Part shown: piece after piece, positions 13,001 through 27,482 of the stretch | Numbering within the stretch: position 1 is the first letter of the stretch | Layout of the letters: each line of letters opens with the position of its first letter | From: Tubulanus polymorphus | Taxonomy: Eukaryota; Animalia; Nemertea | Reading direction: 5' to 3' | DNA: 64,000 nt | NCBI RefSeq assembly: GCF_964204645.1 | Contig: NC_134033.1 | Location: 2,872,131-2,936,130 of the forward strand | Position numbers and translations under genes: made by a program | The notes under the pieces: model-generated | The model's input: the letters and a program-made list of their open reading frames with translations, nothing else | The model's database searches: none | What the model was told of the DNA's origin: nothing

Positions 13001-16000
13001 CTAATGCATTCAAAAATTAATTAGAAAAGAAAGAATTTTAAAGAAATAATATATTTCATTTTCTTCACGAAACAGAATGATGGTTATTACACGTGGACTG
13101 ACGGTAAACCATTGAGCTACACAGAGTGGTATAAACCTGTCATTAATGAAACGATACCAGAAGTTATTCGAGGATTGATATCTCCGCTAAGAGAACAACC
13201 GATAAATGACGTGAATATGCCGTGTACGGCGATGATACTGAATAATCCACGAGGATCGGCGAACTGGGTTCGATTCCCGTGTCAAATCGAGGAGACGCAC
13301 ACGACATTCATTTGTGAATCCGAGAGAATCGACATCAAAAACGAACACAAATCAACGATAAACGACGCGAACAATTCAACGAATACACACTTAAATAAGA
13401 CTATAGATCAAATAATTCTCGATATTACTTTAATTAATTCAACCTGTTCAAGAGGTTGGGTAACTATTTCCGGACGATGTTATCAAATACTAACCGACTG
13501 GAAAAACAATCGAGGTTTGAATATTCGGAGTGCTAGAGAAATGTGTCACAGCATCCGCGCCGAAATAGTAAAAACCACCTCAAATACAGAAAGCGATAGG
13601 AAAAATTTGGTCAGTGAATTTCAATATAGACATCAATATGGCGCTATACTGACAATGGACCGCGACGGATTTAAAGTTATCAAACCATTGGTGACAAGAA
13701 ATGAAATTACTTACATTCAATCAGTTAAATGGTTATTGAAACCTTTCGATGATACAAAAGATAAAGCGCATTCCGTGCTATGTACCTATAATGTAACTGC
13801 TGAAGAGTTAGCTTCTATAAGCGGTTGTTAATCGTGGCAGTTTGAATGTAACGATCAAAGATGTATCAGCGACCATCGTGTATGCGATACCAGACACGAC
13901 TGTCAACACGGTGAAGATGAACTCAATTGTGCGGATATCAATTTACAAAGTCAGTTCCGCTGTAACGATGGACAGGTTATATCGATTAGCGGTTTCTGTG
14001 ACTTTATGAGAGATTGCGTCGATGGCTCGGATGAGAACTCGTGCTATCATCCACCGTGTTTATCTGCGCAATATCGCTGTTTCAATCACCAATGTATCGA
14101 TAGTTATAAACGATGTGACGGACTAGCCGACTGTAAAGACGGTTCCGATGAGATCGGCTGCACTGCCAAACTTTGTCAGGGGTTCTCGTGCGCGGACGGT
14201 GAATGTATTAGTTCTCAGTTGTATCGGGATGGTGTCGTGGATTGTAGCGGAAGTCTCGAAGAAGACGAATTGGTCACTAATATGACAGTGAATCCCGAGG
14301 TTTACTGTAATAATGACAATCACTGTACGACTCGTTTCACAGATCTGTGTAAGGAATCGGATGAACAAAGATGTTCGTTCAATTCTCCTCGCTGTTATTC
14401 CCGACACGAAAGGTGTATTTTAGAAAGGATGCCGATTGGTTTCCCGGTATGTAGAAATCTTGAACATATACTCGCGTGTAATGACTTCGAATGCGCGGCT
14501 GGTACTGTAAAATGTCCGGCATCTTACTGTATACCGATCAGACACGTTTGTGACGGTCGATCCGATTGTCCTAATTCAGAAGATGAACGAAACTGCGAGA
14601 TTTGGTCGTGTCCGGGAATGTTTAAATGTGGTCAGGAAAATCGTTGTATTCCGCAATCTGAAGTTTGCGACGGTGTCGTTAATTGTAAACATAACTCTGA
14701 TGACGAATCATACTGTAAGGTCACGTGTCCTGAGCGTTGTAATTGCCGGGGTCATTTCATCGATTGTGAAAATGCTCTTTTATCGGATATTACTGGTCGT
14801 TTTATAGAATCAACTCGGGCTTTGATTTTGTCGAATAACCGAGTCGTATTTAACGAATCGATGTTAAACTCTTTCATTTATCTTCGTTTTCTCGACATTT
14901 CAGGCAATAATTTATCTTACATCGTTCCAAACGCGTTTTCTAATCTAAATAATCTATACACATTAGACCTAACTCACAACCGTATAACATCATTATCTGC
15001 TAATACATTCGCAGGTTTGATCGGTTTAAAAGAACTATTTCTTATCGGAAATCCGCTGCAACATTTAGAAGACGGTAGTTTCCGAGGTATGACGTCACTT
15101 ACTGTTCTCGATCTTCACGGACTTTCTATATCGGTTCTCGGTGAAAATGTATTTAAAGGTTTATCCGCATTACAGTCGTTAAATATCAGCAGTAACAGAA
15201 TCCATTATATTTCTAGCTATGCTTTTTCGGGATTGGCTCGACTTGAAATTCTAGACCTTGTCAACAATTTTGAAGTAATATCCGTACAAAGAAACGTCCT
15301 TGGCGATCTTTCATCATTGAAATACCTCGCTTCGGATGCTTACAAATTTTGCTGCATGGCACCGAATGTTGACCGATGTCTTCCCGAAGCTGATCAATTT
15401 TCCACCTGTTCTGACCTGATGGGTAACACTGTACTGAGAGCCATCATCTGGATGATCGCATCTTTCAGTTTTCTCGCTAACAGTATCGTTATCTTATTTC
15501 GCGTTCAAGCTTTGCGGGTGGAATCCTCCGGAACACGTAACACGTCTTCAGATATCCTCATCATAAATATTGCAAGTTGTGATTTTCTGATGTCGGTCTA
15601 TTTGTTTTTGATCGCGGGAGCTGATCACGCGTTCAAAGGCGTTTATTATCTGAATTCTGAAACCTGGACGGATAGCTCATTATGTCGTCTCGCTGGGGTT
15701 ATTGTCGCCGTTTCCTGCGAAGGTTCCTTGACTTTTCTCTTAATTCTAACGCGTCAGAGATATTCAAATATCGTTAACCCGTTTTCTAGAAGTCCGATTA
15801 TAACTCCGAAATACGTTATCGGTATTTGCTGCATTTGTTGGCTCGTTATTAGCACCGTTTCTATTCTACCGCTGTCATCGTCGTCTTACTTCGGAGACAA
15901 TTTTTACGGTACAACCGGAGTTTGTTTGCCTATGAATTTACTGACGATCGACGTCAATGGCTGGCACTATTCATTCGCTATTTTTGCCTTGTTTAATGCG

Positions 16001-16345
16001 GCCATATTGGCTACGATAATGACGACGTACGCTCAGATGTATAAACTCGTATCTGGGAGTAGGTCGGGTTCGGGAAGAGCTGATCCTACCGAACTGGTTT
16101 TGGCTCGAAGGAGTTTAGTAATCAATCTTTGTAATTTATTTTGCTGGCTACCGATAATAATCGTTCAGTTTTGCGCCGTATTTTCGGTCGAGATACCGAA
16201 CCAGGTGGCCGCTTGGCTGGCCGTTCTATTTTTACCGATCAACTCGTCTCTGAATCCGCTTCTTTATACAATTCTAACTATCGATATGAAATCTATTCGC
16301 GAACGCAATAAACGACGACTAGGATTGACGACATCCATTAAATAA
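10012..16345 (+). pseudogene. Copy 2 of GRL101-like GPCR; premature stop (AAA>TAA) at 13829-13831
   Basis: Exons 10012-11229, 11654-12994, 13076-16345. All other full copies read SGC-K-SWQFEC; here GGT TGT TAA TCG TGG. The downstream LDLa/LRR/7TM frame is otherwise open. Confidence 0.82.
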
Positions 16346-16489
16346 ACCACAGTTTGACACGAGTCCCCGTATAATGTTTGCCTATCTATAAATCGGGTTT
16401 GAACTTTGAAATCCTAAAACTTGGTTCGAGTTAGTTCGGAGTCACGTGACCGCATAAGTTTAACGATTACAATGATTCACAATAAATAA

Positions 16490-16826
16490 GTTTCCAGTTT
16501 CTAGACGCCATTTTTTGGCGGTCCCTCGAGGTCCCCATTGTTGCGATAATTTGCCCTCATTTTTGAAACATAAGTTTTGAACGGACATCACATAGCTCTG
16601 CAGTGTATTGAAATTAAATCATGGTGATTAGACATTTCGACTCCACAAAATGTCTACTCGCCATGATCCATGTCACGTGTGGAGCTCCTTAGTTTATTCC
16701 GGAAGAGTTTGATTCTTCCGGCCGATTTGGGTTGGTTTAATCGGCACGGTAGCAATTAGATCCCGAGAAATGGGGAAAGGGCATCATTTAAAAAAACAAA
16801 TACTTAAAATTCTACTGGACGATTCA
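16490..16826 (+). repeat. Alternative 3' flank shared by copy 2 and copy 4 (35788-36107)
   Basis: GTTTCCAGTTTCTAGACGCCATTTT...GGAGCTCCTTAGTTTATTCC...GGGCATCATTTAAAAAAA at both places. Confidence 0.85.
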
Positions 16827-19800
16827 AAGCGTTCTAGACCAGCGAGTGGTCTCAAAAACGTTCAATTTCATGAAGAAATGCCGATTACGTCATTTTCCGC
16901 TAAGCTTTAGATTGTGGTCAACTTGTGCTCATACACATAATTGAATGCTGGATTTGACCAATGTTACAAGAATAGATCCTCGAACTGATTCACTTCGAAT
17001 CGAACGTTTTATAATTCAATTTAATTTCGTGATTTCAAAGACCGAGGACAATAATAACAGGACACGATATAAACAGATTACGTCATGGTTCAATGGACAC
17101 GACGACCACCATTGGCTAGATATAATACCAGACTGACTCTGTTCGTCTTAACTTCAATATCCTAACGAATATATTTCACTGTATGAAGTAGATCGCGTTG
17201 AAATGATATATTTATGCAACGCCTCAAATCCTTTTGAAAATCACATGAATTAGATGAAACACTAGTTTGCAATACTTTCATTAAATCGAATTTTCATTGT
17301 CTATAACCCGAATTATCATCCATGTTAATTCGAAGAAAAATCATTAAGAGCGTTTTCAGTAGATTCTATGAAGTTTATGTGAATTAGGAACTTCGATGTT
17401 TAATAACATCTAGCGAAATTTATTATAATTTCTATTGTAATGAATGAATATCTAAATCACTTACCAGCTAAAAAACTCGGAAAAGTATCTCCCATTACGA
17501 ACCCGCTTGCTTCCATTCGTCTTTATCAATATAGTTCATTTGCATTGAATTAGACCGTACGGTGCTGCCACCGAGGTATAGTGTCGTTTAATAACATGAT
17601 GATGAACATGTATGTCGTTTTATTCTTATGACAACTATTATACGTTGCTAAATGACAGGTATTGTACTCAAAGAATTTATCATATATCAAAGTTCATCAT
17701 GATCAAACACATCCATCTTTTATTTCTTTAATAACATTATTTCTATTAGAAAAATATTGTTTTGCAAACTTTACCTCGTCTTAACAAAGATTTTCAAACA
17801 TAATAGATTCGCTTGAAATAAATATTCTGACGTTTTTTCTTCCAGCTTTGAAAAACATTTAAAAAAAATAATTATGCTGTCAATGAAAAATATACAACGA
17901 TATCGATGATTTTAAGTTTATAACTGTTTTACATTCGTATAATTAGTATCAACCCGATTTTATTCACCAGAGTTCCCCTTAAACAATTAATACAAAATGC
18001 CAGGTGAGTGCTCAATGAATTATAAGTTCTTCTAACATTTGGGTTCTATTTAAAAACCAGCCCAACCATGGGGCGTATACTATAGGACAATTTACTAATT
18101 AACACATATGTTCATATATTCCTCATTTATCAAGGAACAGCTCATCTATATTAGACAGGACCTTAATTAGATCGGTATTTTATGAACCACTGAAAACCAC
18201 AACATTGAAAACCAGAGAAATGGTAAAATGCGAAAATAGTTTGTCGTATGAATTGAATCGTCGAAACTTAATTCAATCGTGGACGTATGAACTAGTTTAT
18301 GAGTCTATTGATAGATAAATACCACAACCGGTGACAATTCTATGGATAATCAGCCCCGGTTTGAACCTCGAAATCCTAAAACTTGGTTGAGTTCGTTTGG
18401 AGTCACGTGACCGCAAAAGATGAACGAATACTATGAGATAAGTTTACGGCAGGGCAAAATTACCCCGATTGTCATAACTACCGTAAATTTTGGTATTTGT
18501 TATATCTAACTCACAACTTGCTGGAATTGGTAGTAATTTTACCGGAGTCGTGTTTTCCGAATTACTAACTCGTAAAAAACCTTCTCAAAATTATTTCTAA
18601 CTGAGAAGGATTAAGCTTACACTTAATATCTAATACTTTAACATATATATCCTCAAGATTATTGCGTAAATATAAGCAGGTTTGATTGGAGCGAGAGGGA
18701 ATCATCCGTTTGAAACTAGGATTCAGGGTTTCATGCATATAAAATTCCCCTAATTCGAAGGGGTTTATTTTACTAAATAGTAATCTACGATTCAACCCTC
18801 AAAGATTTGAATAATCTATGAATATTTGTCATTTAGTTCCGAAAGAAGAATTGAGTTTAACAATGATTTAATCACTCGATGAAAATGATACGGATTAAAA
18901 ATTCATGTCTCCCGCGAGGACGCTGTTAGTTAGATTTATCAATATAACAGTCTCTGAGAGACGAAGCACCTCCTACCAGAAATATAACACCATAATGCAT
19001 AAACACAGTTGATTGGGGAATATTGAAATATGTTCTTTTTCACGGACCGATTATACACCAGTGTTGAAATAATACAATATTTTAAAGTCCTTTAATATAT
19101 CTGAGTTAAACTTATTATCAAAAGATGATAATTTCGTACCAGAAGAACAAATTATATCAGATACTTAAAAGTTGAATCTACCGCTGGCGCCAACTTATTC
19201 TCAATAATCATTATTGAGACACACAAACATTTCCCCAACTATCGGTGACCGAACATATAAGATCATCATTTTTTGCAATCATTCATGTAGGCGTTCCAAA
19301 ACAGAGGGAGACAAATGGGAAAAAATTAACTTTTAATATTATTAGAGTATTCAACACAAAAAAAAATCCCCAAAGGACCGCAAAAAACGAAAATAATTGG
19401 AAATTGTGATTAAATTAATTCGAATAGTGGGAAAGATGAAAAAAGAACTAGTTTTCGCAAATCATGAGATTGAAAATTGAGATGAACATAACTTTTATAA
19501 GTTACTGGATTGAAACCTGGACAGGAATAACAGAATTTTCTATTGTTGAAAAATTGTGCCGAAAAGAGGAAGGAGGAATAAAAACAATTCAGTACGATGG
19601 ATTTTGCTGATCCGTGTCCCAAGTGAAAATGCTGAACGGACTATAATGTACATATTATATTGAGTCAAATCAGACGTTTTTAAATGATGATCATAAGTTT
19701 CGGAATTATCAATTCACCTCATTAATTATTGGTTGGAATTTCGTCGCGTTCACACTACGAACCAGTTAGACCGTTCTAAACGGGTCCATGTCCGGAACGG

Positions 19801-20456
19801 GACAAATTTAGAACGGACCGAATCAGAGTGCGCGAGTCAGATTCTCGCCGGGTTTATTGTAACCGTTTCCTAACTAATGATTCCTAACATTTCTTTGTTT
19901 CTATTCTACCGCTGTCATCGTCGTCTTACTTGGTTAGTGTTGGTTTTCCGAGTCAGCACCGAACAAGTACTTACTCACCACAATCAGATATCCACGCGCT
20001 TCACTTAGCTTTAACTCAGTTATTATATTGACTGTAGAGTATGAATTTCAGAAATGATATTGACAAAGTGTTTTACAGAGACGCAGAATATTTTGAGGTA
20101 TAGATAGAAAATGTCGTCGAATATTATCACAAACTGAACGCAGTTCGGGAGCGACAGTAAATATTTTTAGAGAAATAATTGCACGTGATTATAGAACACG
20201 ATATATTGAAACACGTCTAAATTTAGAAACAGCGGTAATTACTGCGAAACCGAGCGCAGGTGAAAGTAACAGAAATACGAGACTGGTGCCAGTTTGATGG
20301 GAGATCTTTTTACAAAATAATTGGACTCGATCAATTCGTCAACTTCTGACATTCTGACAACTCGTCATTACTTTGCAGCCACTCTTATGAGAAATGTCGC
20401 GCAAACTTGGAAATAGTTAGAAATGTGTTTGTTTTGAAGCGTGAATTGTGTTCAAT

Positions 20457-23400
20457 ATGCAGGCAATGAAAGCGTTGTTCGTAGTTTTACTGATCGCTTG
20501 CGGAGACTGTATATTTACGCGGGCTGATCGCGCAAACTCTGTCGAGGAAGCCGCGTCTGTTACAGTCAATTCATCTTGTAACAACACTCAATACTCCGTC
20601 GATTCTACGTCCGGTTACATCGTTTCACCGAACTATCCGTCGTTAGTGCGCGGTGTTGAATGTCGTTGGTTCGTCAACAGCTCTTTACCGGGAAGTTTTC
20701 TCGTTCAAGTTTACTACGACATCGAACCGTCGATATTCTGTAACGAAAACTACCTTCTCGTCGGTGAGTCCGACAACAAACTCTGCGCTACCGGTAGAAA
20801 ACAACAAGATATCCGCAGTAACGGGTTGATTTCGTTTTTGTTTAGGAGTAACGTCGATGGAGCGCGAGGTAGTCGGGTTTATATCATATATCGTTTTGAA
20901 GAACAGAGTCGCTTGAAAAACATACGTACATGTCGCAAAAGTGCAGTAAAAGAATTACCAACTCAAACAGGTTATGAATTCGTGATTTCTACCCGGCGAT
21001 GTAAATTGTTGTTAGAATGGATCGGGATGCCAGACGGGTTTGCAATGAATTTAACGTTTTTACAGATAGATTTCAGATTAAGACCAGGTGAGGATCCGAT
21101 GAAAACTCGTCCTCAAATTTACGACGGATGGAACAGCACCAGTGAACCTATAGCTCTTATACGAGAACAAACCGGACATCCACCTTCATCGTTTTATACT
21201 AAAACTAATAAAGCGTGTGTAGAATTTGAAAATAAAGAGTGGTTTAAGTCGCAGTTACTCGTGCAAGTTTACCAAATATCAGATTGGAACATCTCTAACC
21301 CGTTAATTCAAGTCTATAATAAATCAGGACTGCTCACTACAATTGATGAAATACCACATATAGTAACTCAGTCTAAACACTTATACTGCTGGTCTATCAC
21401 AGTCGATGTTCTGCAGTACGTCGTCTTCAACTGGTCACGTGATCTCGTCTCGTCACCAGGTGTCGTTGGTGTTTATAAACAGGAAGGGTTACGTATTGTG
21501 AGAACTGATATTTTACTCAGTTTTAACCATCTTAAATCTCTGAGTGTAAAATCAGACGCATTTCTCGTGATTCTGTGCGTTTTAACGACATCGGATTTTT
21601 TAAGATCGAATTTGAAAATAGAATTCGAAGTGAAATCGATGACAATATCAGACGTCTACGTCAACAAGCCACAGATATCGGTAAGTTTATTACAGTGATT
21701 TATAAATTAGGTTCGTGTAATAGAATCATTGTAATAATCTATGATTTTGATGGCGATTTTGACCAGCGAAACTTTACCGAGAAACTTGGAATAACAACGT
21801 TATGTGTGACCCAAATTTCAATATATTTGGACGCACATGTTTACGCAGAGTAATTATGATGATTTGTGTAAGAATTTAAGTTAAGATTTGATAGCAACAT
21901 TTTGAACTATTATCAATATATCGAGGTCGTACAGAGTTTGAAATTATTGTATTGTAAACGTTCAATGTTGTAATCAATTCTCTTATATTTCAGCATTTAT
22001 CCAGAAACTCAATATCAGCTAATCGATTGTTCCCGAGTTCAAAGAATACATTGTATCGTGTAAATACATTACAACTAAAGACGAAAGTGAACATCTATGA
22101 AGATTGGTTGAAACTAACAGTGCTATCAGAGAACTGTGATCGAGCTGGTTTTTATATATTTGATGGTAGTAATTTCACAGCTAGACGCTATGGTCCGTAT
22201 TGTCCTGGTTCATTCTACGGTCGATCTGTCGTCAGCCTGATTACATCAGGTGGACCGGTTACTGTAGTAGCATACGCTTATTACTATAACAATCAGTTAA
22301 CAGATGGTGATCCCCGTTGGTCATCTCTTATATTTGCTCCTACTGATTGTGAAGGTTATGTTCTACAGGAAGAAGAACGTCAGATCAATATGACGTCACA
22401 CTGTCTCGTGATTACACCTGAAAATCGACGCCTTCGCTTGAAAAATATTCACATATTATCAGAACACGAATATCAAATTGACCGATGTTTTCTCAAGATG
22501 TCATTGTCATGTGATCAGTCTCTGAGTTTGAGTAATCAGTTTCTTAATAACAGTCTCGTATTAAACACTGTAGATTTCACAGTTAATGAGTTTGGGTTCT
22601 GGCAGTATCCACTAATAGTTAAACTACGTCGTAAATGTCTAGGAGTGAAAAAAGCGGATAGTTTTGGATTTGCCGGTTCCCGTCTCCCAGTTACTACTAA
22701 AGAAAAATGTGGACTCGTGCAGTCACCGAACTACCCGGGTTCGGCAGAATTTACATCAAAATCTATTTCCTATGAATTTGAAAACCCGATACAGCAAAGT
22801 ATATTTCAATATTACAGATTTATTATCAAATCTATTGGATCAGTTTCATGCGGAACAAACAACATACGTGAGAATGATCCGATCATTTTGATACAGCTGA
22901 TACAGTACTACCTCTTCCAAAATGGAAAACTGTTCAAAATTATTAGGACCCAACACGAAACTTTAATATGTGAAAATAACGCGGTTCGTGGACTTATATT
23001 TTATAGTCTAACAGATAATACTTTGCGTTTTGAAGTAAACAATTTCATTCCGACATTTCAAATACAATACACTTTACACGAGTCGTTACCGATTAAAGGT
23101 TTCGATGATGTCTACTGTAAACAAGGATTTCTGGATTCCGAAATTTACTGCATCAATTTCATCAGAGATGAACGTCTGAATTGGGAGAACGCTGAAATAT
23201 ACTGTAGACAGAAGTACGCGGGACATCTACTCAGTATCAACTCAGAACAGGAAATGATTTCCATCAAAAGATTATTCGCTACAGAACTTCTCCGAATGGC
23301 GTACACAATAAAAGCGCTGATAATGATGATTGGATTAAAATGGAAGGTAAGACTAATGTAATCAAATATGAATTAAAATCGAAATATTTTTAAAGAAGTG

Positions 23401-26400
23401 ATATATTTCATTTTCTTCACGAAACAGAATGATGGTTATTACACGTGGACTGACGGTAAACCATTGAGCTACACAGAGTGGTATAAACCTGTTATTAATG
23501 AAACGATACCAGAAGTTATTCGAGGATTGATATCTCCGCTTAGAAAACAACCGATAAATGACGTCAATATGCCGTGTACGGCGATGATACTGAATAATCC
23601 ACGAGGATCAGCGAACTGGGTTCGATTCCCTTGTCAAATCGAGGAGACGCACACGACATTCATTTGTGAATCTGAGAGAATCGACATCAAAAACAAACAT
23701 AATTCAACGATAAACGACGCGAACAATTCAACAAATACACACTTAAATAAAACCACAGATCAAATGATTCCCGATGTTACTTTAATTAATTCAACCTGTC
23801 CAAGAGGTTGGGTAACTATTACCGGACGTTGTTATCAAATACTAACCGACTGGAAAAACAATCGAGGTTTGAATATTCGGAGTGCTAGAGAAATGTGTCA
23901 CAGCATCCGCGCCGAAATATTAAGAATCAACTTAAATATAGAAAGTGATATGAAAAATTTGATCAACAAATTTCAATATCGCCATCAATATGGCGCTATA
24001 CTGACAATGGACCGCGACGGATTTAAAGTTGTCAAACCACTGGTGACCAAAAATGAAATTACTTATATTCAATCTGTTAAATGGTTATTGAAACCTTTCG
24101 ATAATACAAAAGATAAAGTGCATTCCGTGCTATGTACCTATAATGAAACTGGTAAAGAGTTAGCTTCTATAAGCGGTTGTAAATCGTGGCAGTTTGAATG
24201 TAACGATCAAAGATGTATCAGCGACCATCGCGTATGTGATACCAGACACGACTGTCAACACGGTGAAGATGAACTCGATTGTACGGGTATCAATTTACAC
24301 AGTCAGTTCCGCTGTAACGATGGACAAGTTATATCGATTAGCGGTTTCTGTGACTTTATGAGAGATTGCGTCGATGGCTCGGATGAGAACTCTTGCTATC
24401 ATCCACCGTGTTTATCTACGCAATATCGCTGTTCCAATCACCAATGTATCGATAGTTATAAACGATGTGACGGACTAGCCAATTGTAAAGACGGTTCCGA
24501 TGAGATCGGATGCACTTCCGAACTTTGTCAGGGGTTCTCGTGCGCGGACGGTGAATGTATTAGTTCTCAGTTGTATCGGGATGGTGTCGTTGATTGTAGC
24601 GGAAGTCTCGAAGAAGACGAATTGGTCACTAATATGACAGTGAATCCCGAGGTTTACTGTAATAATGACAATAACTGTACGACTCGTTTCACAGATCTGT
24701 GTAAGGAATCGGATGAACAAAGATGTTCGTTCAATTCTCCTCGCTGTTATTCCCGACACGAAAGGTGTATTTTAGAAAGGACGCCGATTGGTTTCCCGGT
24801 TTGTAGAAATCTTGAACATATGCTCACGTGTAATGACTTCGAATGCGCGGCTGGTACTGTAAAATGTCCGGCATCTTACTGTATACCGATCAGACACGTT
24901 TGTGACGGTCGATCCGATTGTCCTAATTCAGAAGATGAACGAAACTGCGAGACTTGGTCGTGTCCGGGAATGTTTAAATGTGGCCAGGAAAATAGATGTA
25001 TTCCGCAATCTGAAGTTTGCGACGGAGTCGTAAACTGTAAACATAACTCTGATGACGAGTCGTACTGTAAGGTCACGTGTCCTGAACGTTGTAATTGTCG
25101 GGGTCATTTCATCGATTGTGAAAATGCTCTTTTATCAGATATTACAGGTCGTTTTATAGAATCAACTCGGGTTTTGATTTTGTCGAATAACCGAGTCGTA
25201 TTTAACGAGTCGACGTTCAACTCTTTCATTTATCTTCGTTTTCTCGATATTTCGGGCAATAATTTGTCTTACATCGTTCCAAACGCGTTTTCTAATCTAA
25301 ACAATCTATACACATTAGACCTTACACACAACCGCATAACATCACTATCTGCTAATACATTCGCAGGTTTGATCGGTTTAAAAGAACTATTTCTTATCGG
25401 AAATCCGCTGCAACATTTAGAATACGGTAGTTTTCGAGGTCTGACGTCACTTACTGTTCTCGATCTTCACGGACTTTCTATATCGGTTCTCGGTGAAAAT
25501 GTGTTTAAAGGTTTATCCGCATTACAGTCGTTAAATATCAGCAGTAACAGAATACATTATATTTCTAGCTATGCTTTTTCTGGATTGGTTCGACTTGTTA
25601 TTCTTGACCTTGTCAACAATTATGAAGTAATATCCGTACAAAGAAACGTCCTTGGCGATCTTACATCATTGAAATACCTCGCTTCGGATGCTTACAAATT
25701 TTGCTGCATGGCACCGAATGTTGACCGATGTCTTCCCGAAGCTGATCAATTTTCCACCTGCTCTGACCTGATGGGTAACGCTGTACTGAGAGCCATCATC
25801 TGGATGATCGCAACTTTCAGTTTTCTCGCTAACAGTATCGTTATTGCATTTCGAGTTCAAGCTTTGCGGATGGAATCCACCGGAACACGTAACACATCTT
25901 CAGATATCCTCATCATAAATATTGCCGGTTGTGATTTTCTGATGTCGGTCTATTTGTTTTTGATCGCGGGAGCTGACCACGCGTTCAAAGGCGTTTATTA
26001 TCTGAATTCTGAAACCTGGACGGATAGCTCATTATGCCGTCTCTCAGGGGTTATTGTCACCGTTTCGTGCGAAGGTTCCCTGACTTTTCTCTTAATTCTA
26101 ACGCGTCAGAGATATTCAAATATCGTCAACCCGTTTTCTAGAAGTCCGATTATAACTCCTAAATACGTTATCGGGATTTGCTGCATTTGTTGGCTCGTTA
26201 TGAGCACAGTTTCTATTCTACCGCTGTCATCGTCGTCTTACTTCGGAGACAATTTTTACGGTACAACCGGAGTTTGTTTGCCTATGAATTTACTGACGAT
26301 CGACGTCAATGGCTGGCACTATTCATTCGCTATTTTTGCCTTGTTTAATGCGGCCATATTGGCTACGATAATGACGACGTACGCTCAGATGTATAGACTC

Positions 26401-26697
26401 GTATCTGGAAGTAGGTCGGGCTCGGGTAGAGCCGATCCTACCGAACTGGTTTTAGCGCGAAGGAGTTTAGTAATCAATCTTTGTAATCTATTTTGCTGGC
26501 TACCGATAATAATCGTTCAGTTTTGCGCCGTATTTTCGGTCGACATACCGAACCAGGTGGCCGCTTGGCTGGCCGTTCTATTTTTACCGATCAACTCGTC
26601 TCTGAATCCGCTTCTTTATACAATACTTACAATCGATATGAAATCTATTCGTGAACGCAATAAACGACGACTAGGATCGACGACATCCAGTAAATAA
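20457..26697 (+). CDS. Copy 3, intact GRL101-like (type C LGR) GPCR, ~1948 aa
   Basis: Exons 20457-21680, 21994-23346, 23428-26697 with GT-AG phase-0 introns. Motifs: signal peptide MKALFVVLLIACGDC; CUB (SGYIVSPNYPS, CGLVQSPNYPG); CTL (WENAEIYC..GHLLS..IGL..WTDG..FICE); LDLa (C..DC.DGSDE); LRRs (LxxLDLxxNxI); hinge YKFCC..DQFSTCSDL; TM7 LPINSSLNPLLYT. Confidence 0.92.
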
Positions 26698-27482
26698 AGA
26701 ATAGTTTGACAGGAGTCACTTTATAATGTTTGCCTATCTATAAATCGGGTTTGAACCTCGAAATCCTAAAACTTGGTTTCGAGTTCGTTTGGAGTCACGT
26801 GACCGCATCAGATGAACGAATACTATGAGATAAGTTTACAGCAGAGCAAAATTACCCCGATTATCATAACTACCGTAAATTTTGGTATTTGTTATATCTA
26901 ACTCACAACTTGCTGGAATTGGTCGAAATTTTACCGGAGTCGTGTTTTCCGAATTACTAACTCGTAAAAACCTTTAAAATTATTTCTAACTGAGAAGGAT
27001 TAATATTACACCTAATATCTAATACTTCAACATCTATATCCCCAAGATTCTTGCGTAAATATAAGCGGGTTTGATGGAGCGAGAGGGAATCATCCGTTTG
27101 AAACTAGGATTTAGGGTTTCATGGATATAAAATTCCCCTAATTTGAAGGCGTTATATTTCTAAATAGTAATCCACGATTCAACCCTCAAACGTTTGAATA
27201 ATCTATGAATATTCGTCATTTAGTTCCGAAAGAAGAATTTAGTATAACAATGATTTGAGTCACTCGATAAAAATAAAACGGAGTAAAAATTCATGTCTCC
27301 CGTGAGGACGCTGATAGTTAGATTTATCAATATAACAGTCTCTACCACGAGAGACGAAGCACCTCATACCAGAAATATAACATCATAATGCATAAACACA
27401 GTTGATTGGGGAATATTGAAATATGTTCTTTTTCACTGACCGTTTATGAATTATAGTTCTTTGATATATTTACGTAAAACCT

